From positions 32,001 through 96,000 of the forward strand of contig JBPCLP010000008.1 in assembly GCA_051003195.1 (NCBI GenBank): 64,000 nucleotides of DNA, given 5' to 3'. The notes under the pieces are model-generated. The model saw nothing but the letters and a program-made list of their open reading frames with translations. It did not search any database and had not been told where the DNA came from. Shown in pieces: positions 58,701 through 64,000 of the stretch; position 1 is the first letter of the stretch; every line of letters begins with the position of its first letter. A program made the position numbers and the translations under genes. Source of the DNA: Candidatus Sumerlaeaceae bacterium. Lineage in GTDB: Bacteria > Sumerlaeota > Sumerlaeia > Sumerlaeales > Sumerlaeaceae.

Positions 58701-60191
58701 ATGAGACGCTATTTTGCACAGGCCTTTAAAATGGCTCCAATAAACCCCCGAATGATGGCGCTTCGGGCATTGGAGCGCATGCTGCTCAGCGTGCTTGTGG
58801 TACTTTGCACCAACCTTGCCATGGCTGCTTCATCGGGCTCGGTAGGGTATCTTGCCGACCAGCAGGTTGATGGCGTCGATGAGCTGTGGAGGGTAGACGC
58901 AAAGACTGGACTCCTGAGCAAGGTGAACGCGCCCCTGGTCGCTGGGGGGGATGTTCTTACCGGTTTGATCAGCCGTAAGGGTTCGGCCATCCTCTATCGT
59001 GCGGACCAGGATGTGAACGACATTTACGAGCTCTACTACAAAGACCTGAAGACGGGCACTGTAAGCAAACTAAACCCGACGCTGGTGCCCGATGGAGATG
59101 TGGATTCTGGTTTCCAGATGGACTCAAAGGCTGCGAGCGTAGTCTACCGGGCAGACCAGGACGAGACCAGCGTCAGCGAGCTTTACCGGGTGGACCTGAA
59201 GACGCGTGTCGTCACTCAATTGAATCCCCCCCTGGCAGTAGGCAGGGATGTCTCTGATGGTTTTCAGGTTGATCCAAAGGGCACAAGCGTGGCGTACCGG
59301 GCCGATCAGGACACGGACGATGTGAAGGAACTCTATCGCGTCGTCTTGAAAACTGGCGTGGTGACCAAGCTCAATCCACCTCTTGTATCAGGTGGTAACG
59401 TGCGAAATCTGCTGTTCGACTCAAAGGGTGCGAGCATAGTGTACAGGGCCGACCAGGATGTGGACGGTGTCTCGGAACTTTACCGAGTAGACCTGAAGAC
59501 ACTTATCGTCAGGAAACTGAATTCGCCGCTGGTCGCCGGTGGAAACGTCTCGGCTGATTTCCAGATTGATCCAAAAGGTGCAAGCGTGGTGTACAGGGCC
59601 GACCAGGATGTAGACGAAGTCTTTGAACTTTATCGGTCCGACCTGAAGACCGGTGTCATCACAAAAGTGAACCCGCCGCTAATTTCAGGTGGTGACGTCC
59701 GGAGTTTCGCCATCGATCCCAAGGGGACAAGTGTCGTGTACAGGGCCGACCAAAGGTTCGCTGGCGTCATCGAAGTCTTCCGGTTGGACCTGAAGACCGG
59801 TCTTGTTGTCAGATTGAGCGAACCAATGCCTCCCGGCGGCGACGTGGTGAGCTTTCAGATCGACTCGAAGGGTGCGAGTGTAGTTTACGTAGCCGACCAG
59901 GACTCGGATGACAGGAATGAACTTTACCGCGCTGACCTGAAAACTGGTCTGGTAACCGAGCTGAATGCACAGTTGGTAACAGGCGGAAATGTCGTGGATT
60001 TCCAGATAGATCCAGGTGGAGCGAGCATCGTGTACAGGGCCGACCAGGACGTGAACGAAGTTTTCGAACTTTACCGCGTGGACATAAAAACGCGACTGGT
60101 GATGAAGCTGAATCAGCCCCTTGTGTTGAACGGTGATGTGCTGGCTTTCGGGGTCCAGGGACCGCCGATCCTCATTGAGGAAGTGCCGTGA
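58701..60191 (+). CDS. Secreted beta-propeller protein with nine 49-50 aa YRADQD repeats (TolB-like)
   Basis: GAGGA RBS, signal peptide, and 9 units of DPKGxSVVYRADQDxDxVxELYRVDLKTGxVxKLNPPLVxGGxV. Confidence 0.85.
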   Translation: MRRYFAQAFKMAPINPRMMALRALERMLLSVLVVLCTNLAMAASSGSVGYLADQQVDGVDELWRVDAKTGLLSKVNAPLVAGGDVLTGLISRKGSAILYRADQDVNDIYELYYKDLKTGTVSKLNPTLVPDGDVDSGFQMDSKAASVVYRADQDETSVSELYRVDLKTRVVTQLNPPLAVGRDVSDGFQVDPKGTSVAYRADQDTDDVKELYRVVLKTGVVTKLNPPLVSGGNVRNLLFDSKGASIVYRADQDVDGVSELYRVDLKTLIVRKLNSPLVAGGNVSADFQIDPKGASVVYRADQDVDEVFELYRSDLKTGVITKVNPPLISGGDVRSFAIDPKGTSVVYRADQRFAGVIEVFRLDLKTGLVVRLSEPMPPGGDVVSFQIDSKGASVVYVADQDSDDRNELYRADLKTGLVTELNAQLVTGGNVVDFQIDPGGASIVYRADQDVNEVFELYRVDIKTRLVMKLNQPLVLNGDVLAFGVQGPPILIEEVP

Positions 60192-60234
60192 GGAACAACT
60201 TTTATCGGCCGCTCTTTCACTAAAGCGCAAGTAG

Positions 60235-60271
60235 AGCAGGGGCGGAAACAAAAAGCCGTTTCCCCCCTGCT
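60235..60271 (+). terminator. GC-rich hairpin after the propeller gene
   Basis: AGCAGGGG(C)GGAAAC-loop-GTTTCCCCCCTGCT; lacks a strong U tract. Confidence 0.45.
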
Positions 60272-60348
60272 TATCACGTCTTTGCGCCTGGCGGACAAAC
60301 CGCCCATCCGGCAAGCTCCACCGCCGGGGCGACTCGGCCCATTGAATT

Positions 60349-60405
60349 CTTACGCGAGGATTACCGTTTTTCAAGTGGCGAAATTACCAACTTGAACTTG
60401 AAAGC
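60349..60405 (+). repeat. Right 57-bp inverted repeat (IR-R)
   Basis: CTTACGCGAGGATTACCGTTTTTCAAGTGGCGAAATTACCAACTTGAACTTGAAAGC. Confidence 0.92.
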
Positions 60406-60489
60406 CTCCAACCGCAGTCGTGAGCTGCTCGCCAGCGTGCGCGTCTTTTCTTTTGCGTGGGGCGACCGGGCGCGGCAACTGGTTGCGCT

Positions 60490-61350
60490 ATGGCCGTTTC
60501 ACCCGAAGTAAGACGACTCGCGCAACAGGCGCTTAAAATCCGCAATTCGCAGGTGCCGCTGCACCGTGTGATCGACATTCTCGCCACTGAAGAAGGCGAC
60601 ATCAGCACGGTGATGAACCGGTTCCGCGATATCCGCAATGAAGACCTGCGCCGCGCGCTGCACCAATGCGCCGTACTGTTGCGGCAGGTGGAGCAGGAGG
60701 CGGGCCTTACTCCCGCCTGGGAGCAGGGTACAAAATCGGCAGCGGCGCCAGCCCCGCAGAACGCTGCATCGCAGCCGCAGCAGGCTAAGACGCAGAAGCC
60801 GGTAAAGATAAAGTTTCGCCCCGACGAGCTGCTGAACTTCGAAGACGAGACCTCGCGCGGGCAGGTCCGCATGGCGAAAGTCTATGTGGATGGTGCCAGC
60901 AAGGGCAACCCGGGCGATGCCGGCATCGGGATCGCCATGTTCAGCATGGAGGGCAAAAAGATCGCGCAACTTGCCCGCGCCATTGGCCTCGCAACCAACA
61001 ACATCGCCGAGTACACTGCACTCATCGAAGCGATGCAGATGGCAAAGCGCATGGGTATCCAGGTGCTGCATGTCATCAGCGACAGTGAGCTTATGGTGAA
61101 ACAGATGACCGGCCTTTACAAGGTGAAGAACACGGAGATCCTGAAAAAGGTGCAGGAAGCGCAGGCGCTGAAGAAGAGCTTCGAGCGCTTTAATATCAAC
61201 TACGTCGGCCGCGAATACAATACGTTGGCGGACGCGTTGTCGACGTTGCTGCTGAAGAAAAAGGAGCCCGACGCACCGCCGGGTGAGCCCGCCAGCGACG
61301 ACGTGATGGGCACGGTCGACGATTTCGCGGACGAAGGGTCGACCGAGTAG
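60490..61350 (+). CDS. rnhA: Ribonuclease HI with N-terminal extension
   Basis: VDGASKGNPG, TNNIAEYTAL, SDSELMVKQ and REYNTLADAL supply all four acidic catalytic residues. Confidence 0.85.
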   Translation: MAVSPEVRRLAQQALKIRNSQVPLHRVIDILATEEGDISTVMNRFRDIRNEDLRRALHQCAVLLRQVEQEAGLTPAWEQGTKSAAAPAPQNAASQPQQAKTQKPVKIKFRPDELLNFEDETSRGQVRMAKVYVDGASKGNPGDAGIGIAMFSMEGKKIAQLARAIGLATNNIAEYTALIEAMQMAKRMGIQVLHVISDSELMVKQMTGLYKVKNTEILKKVQEAQALKKSFERFNINYVGREYNTLADALSTLLLKKKEPDAPPGEPASDDVMGTVDDFADEGSTE

Positions 61351-61352
61351 CG

Positions 61353-62261
61353 ATGTTGGACGCACCCGTGGTTGTCGCACCTGCTGAGGAACCGGGACTG
61401 GCCAACGCACCGGTTTCGGAGCGGCGATCTCTATGGCATTTCGTCTGGCTGCGCCTCCGCAGAAATCGCAGTGCAATGTTCGGTGGACTGCTGCTTGTCG
61501 TTATCGTCTGCACCGCGTTTGCCGGGCTATTCCTCGCGCGGAACACGTTTAACATCCAGACGACGGAGGTGCGGCTGCCGCCGTCCTCGTGGCACTGGTT
61601 TGGCACTGACGACCTTGGACGCGACATCCGCGAGCGGCTGCTCTACGGCGCACACCTGACCCTGGGAACCGGCGTGTGCATCGTGCTGCTGGCGTCTTTG
61701 TTCGGCGTGCCGCTTGGCCTTGCGTCCGCCTACTTTGGTGGGCGCCTGGATAACTGGAGCATGCGCGCGATGGACGTGCTGCTGGCGTTCCCGTCCATCC
61801 TGCTCGCCATGGCCATCATGGCAGCACTGGGATTTAATCTGCGCAATATTGTGATCGCGATTGCGATCGTTTACATCCCGAAGTTCGCGAGGGTGGCGCG
61901 GTCCGCAGCGCTGGTGGAGCGGCAGCTCGATTACGTCCGCGCGGCGGAGGCGCTGGGTTGCGGTCGACGGCGAATCCTGTTTCTCCACCTGCTGCCGAAC
62001 TGCATCGCACCGGTCCTGGTACTATCGACGCTGAGCCTGGCCACCGCGATCCTGGAGGCTGCGGCGCTATCGTTCCTCGGGCTCGGAGCGCAGCCGCCGC
62101 TGCCCGAATGGGGTCGCATGCTCAACGACGGACGTGCGACTTTCCAGACGCATCCCCACATGATGCTTTTCCCGGGGCTGGCGATCGCGACGACTGTCCT
62201 TGCAGTCAACCTGCTGGGCGACGGCTTGCGTGACGCCTTCGATGTGCGGCTGGGGCAGTAA
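61353..62261 (+). CDS. dppC: Di/oligopeptide ABC permease (DppC/OppC family)
   Basis: HWFGTDDLGRD, EAA loop YVRAAEALG, LSFLGLG, PEWG and NLLGDGLRDAFD motifs. Confidence 0.93.
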   Translation: MLDAPVVVAPAEEPGLANAPVSERRSLWHFVWLRLRRNRSAMFGGLLLVVIVCTAFAGLFLARNTFNIQTTEVRLPPSSWHWFGTDDLGRDIRERLLYGAHLTLGTGVCIVLLASLFGVPLGLASAYFGGRLDNWSMRAMDVLLAFPSILLAMAIMAALGFNLRNIVIAIAIVYIPKFARVARSAALVERQLDYVRAAEALGCGRRRILFLHLLPNCIAPVLVLSTLSLATAILEAAALSFLGLGAQPPLPEWGRMLNDGRATFQTHPHMMLFPGLAIATTVLAVNLLGDGLRDAFDVRLGQ

Positions 62262-62264
62262 ACT

Positions 62265-63086
62265 CTACCCGCTTACCTTGTCTGCTTTCATGCGGTAGAT
62301 GCTGAGGACGAAACCGTCTTCGACTTTTTCGCCCGCCTCCATCTGGCCGTAGACCTTAATCGGTCGATCGACGTTGAACTCGGCGGTCTTGCCCTCGGGC
62401 ATCGTGACATCGATCCACTCGTTCATCTTCTGGGTATCGCCGAAACAGCACTGCGGCTGTGTCTTCACGAGTACGAAAGTTTTCACGCCACCGTTGTCGT
62501 CGACCTGCATCGGTACCATCCAGCCCTCGACCATAGCCTTGCTTCCGCTGAGCGCCATCACATCGGCCGGTATCTGGTTCTTCTTCCGTTCTGCTTCAAT
62601 CTCTTCTGGTTTGGCGCCCTCGCGCGGTACCGGTTCGATGTAGTTATAACCGGCGAGCACCTGCCAATTGAGTTCCTTATAACCGCTGGTGTCGGCGGGC
62701 TCGGGCGAGGCTGGTGGAGGCGGGGGAGATCCACCCGCGACGGATGCGACTTCCAGGCGTGGGACAGGGGTCGCGGAGGGAATCCTGGAAATGTCGGCGG
62801 GAATATCGGCTGCGCTTGCAGGCTTTGCAGGCGAAGCTTCCGTCGGCTCTTTCGCGGGGGAGGGAGCTTCCGGGGCTGCGATTGCCGCAGGCGTTGCGGC
62901 GACGGCAGCCTGGGCCGGCTGGTTGAAGCTGGAACCCTGGATAATTTCAGCCGGCGCAGCGGCTATGTCAGCGCTGGACGAGCGCTGAAACATCACGGCT
63001 CCTGCAAAGCCGGCGATTGCCAGTACACCGAGAGCGACGATGACTCCCACATTCAGGGATCCGTGTTTCGTGCTACGTTGCTGCAT
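62265..63086 (-). CDS. DUF3299-like protein
   Basis: TM anchor, Pro/Ala linker, and GWMVPM...FVLV...CCFG...NEWIDV OB-like domain. Confidence 0.7.
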   Translation of the reverse strand: MQQRSTKHGSLNVGVIVALGVLAIAGFAGAVMFQRSSSADIAAAPAEIIQGSSFNQPAQAAVAATPAAIAAPEAPSPAKEPTEASPAKPASAADIPADISRIPSATPVPRLEVASVAGGSPPPPPASPEPADTSGYKELNWQVLAGYNYIEPVPREGAKPEEIEAERKKNQIPADVMALSGSKAMVEGWMVPMQVDDNGGVKTFVLVKTQPQCCFGDTQKMNEWIDVTMPEGKTAEFNVDRPIKVYGQMEAGEKVEDGFVLSIYRMKADKVSG

Positions 63087-63161
63087 GCTTAAACCTCACC
63101 TGGACTTCATAACTTCACACCCTATTACGTACTGTGGGCACGCATCTTCGCTGCAACTCAG

Positions 63162-63635
63162 TTATGGAAATGTTACCGGGACTTTTTTGAAGGTCGATCC
63201 CTTGGCTGAAACTTCCCGGATGGTTCCCTTGAACTGCTTTGCGCCCTTCAGAACGCTTAATGGACCACTGAATTCAGAGGTGCTTCCCACCCTCTCACCG
63301 GTGAGCGCATTATCCACTGCTTTTAGCGCCAACGTGGCAGTGGTCGATTTTCCCCTGATCGAATTCAGGTCGAGGAGGATTTCCTTTTGTGAAATTCGTA
63401 CCGGGTTTTCCGCGTGATCGTCCAGCACGTAGCCGGTCAGCTTGCCAGCGTCGTGGTCGATGACGAGTTCCAGGTTTACGAACTCATCGGCCAGCACAAC
63501 CAGTTTGCCTCCATGCGGCGCATGGTGAACATGCTCGTGGTGCTGCGCCGGCTGGGTGCCTGCTGGTTGAGCCTGGATCACTGGAACCAACGCTCCAAAG
63601 AACAGGACAATGGTCGCCACTTGGACACGTTTCAT
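63162..63635 (-). CDS. Secreted His-rich putative metal-binding protein
   Basis: GGAGG RBS, signal peptide and HHEHVHHAPHGG...LELV motif. Confidence 0.75.
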   Translation of the reverse strand: MKRVQVATIVLFFGALVPVIQAQPAGTQPAQHHEHVHHAPHGGKLVVLADEFVNLELVIDHDAGKLTGYVLDDHAENPVRISQKEILLDLNSIRGKSTTATLALKAVDNALTGERVGSTSEFSGPLSVLKGAKQFKGTIREVSAKGSTFKKVPVTFP

Positions 63636-63718
63636 GTTACCTCCACATTTAACCAGGTTACGATTTTTGGATAATACTAATTCCGCGCTCAAGTAATCGG
63701 GCTTTTAATGGTTTGCGG

Positions 63719-64000
63719 TTAAAGTCCCCCGGTTGTGCGCAAATCGTATGCGGCTACGGTCCAATGCGGGTTTTGACACGTATGCCTGGCAACAAGTTTA
63801 GTGGCGGCGAGTTCTTCTCGACTTACGGCGAACTGCGGGTCGTTCCAGGTGTTCGGGTCGGTGAAGACGATTTGCGGTTTTTCAAAGGACGAGAAGTCGA
63901 CGCGCTTGAGGGCGGGACGATATTGCGCCTGGCGTCCGGTTTCGACAATAGACCATTTCCAGAGCGGAGCAAATGAACGGGCTGCGCTGTTGGCATTTAT
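63719..64000 (-). CDS. C-terminal part of a hypothetical protein (runs off window end)
   Basis: Uninterrupted minus-strand frame of 93 codons to TAA at 63719-63721, co-oriented with the downstream genes. Confidence 0.55.
   Translation of the reverse strand: MNANSAARSFAPLWKWSIVETGRQAQYRPALKRVDFSSFEKPQIVFTDPNTWNDPQFAVSREELAATKLVARHTCQNPHWTVAAYDLRTTGGL

Noticed and set aside
58701..60191. DNA repeats as a DGR template/variable region or a CRISPR array
   Set aside because: The repeats are in-frame protein repeats, their differences do not appear adenine-specific, and there is no reverse transcriptase.
60366..60405. The IR resembles a CRISPR repeat (about 36 nt, hairpin, ends TTGAAAG)
   Set aside because: There are only two full copies, inverted and 2.4 kb apart, with no spacers and no cas genes.
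53040..60405. Prophage or ICE integrated at tRNA-Pro
   Set aside because: No integrase or phage genes, and I found no duplicated tRNA 3' end.
26205..61476. Long alternative ORFs (e.g. 26205-27152, 38480-39439, 53463-54368, 60499-61476)
   Set aside because: They are antisense shadows of well-supported genes, as expected in GC-rich DNA.

Overview
This is a GC-rich bacterial chromosomal window made mostly of housekeeping and envelope genes. They include ilvE, a bacilliredoxin, an ABC/SCO/DUF420 oxidase-assembly cluster, amylosucrase, a uracil-DNA glycosylase with nfo, ffh, nagA, smc, a MacAB-type exporter, a GGDEF-EAL protein, gatB, dprA, tRNA-Pro(TGG), RNase HI and dppC. A secreted Asp-box propeller protein ends in a short '...AASDWQMLK' tail, which suggests (inference only) a Sumerlaeota/BRC1-like organism with a C-terminal sorting signal. 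The accessory stretch after tRNA-Pro (about 53.1-60.4 kb) holds a Kelch protein, REP-like palindromes next to a truncated RAYT transposase, heptamer and decamer repeats and a DUF4838 protein. Its most striking feature is a 2.55 kb cassette bounded by 57-bp inverted repeats (36 bp perfect, plus a third degenerate core copy). The cassette carries a single secreted nine-repeat beta-propeller gene and no recombinase or transposase is visible. A dispersed ~97-bp intergenic element occurs in 2 full copies, 1 partial copy and 1 related hairpin. All calls come from reading the sequence; no database searches were run.
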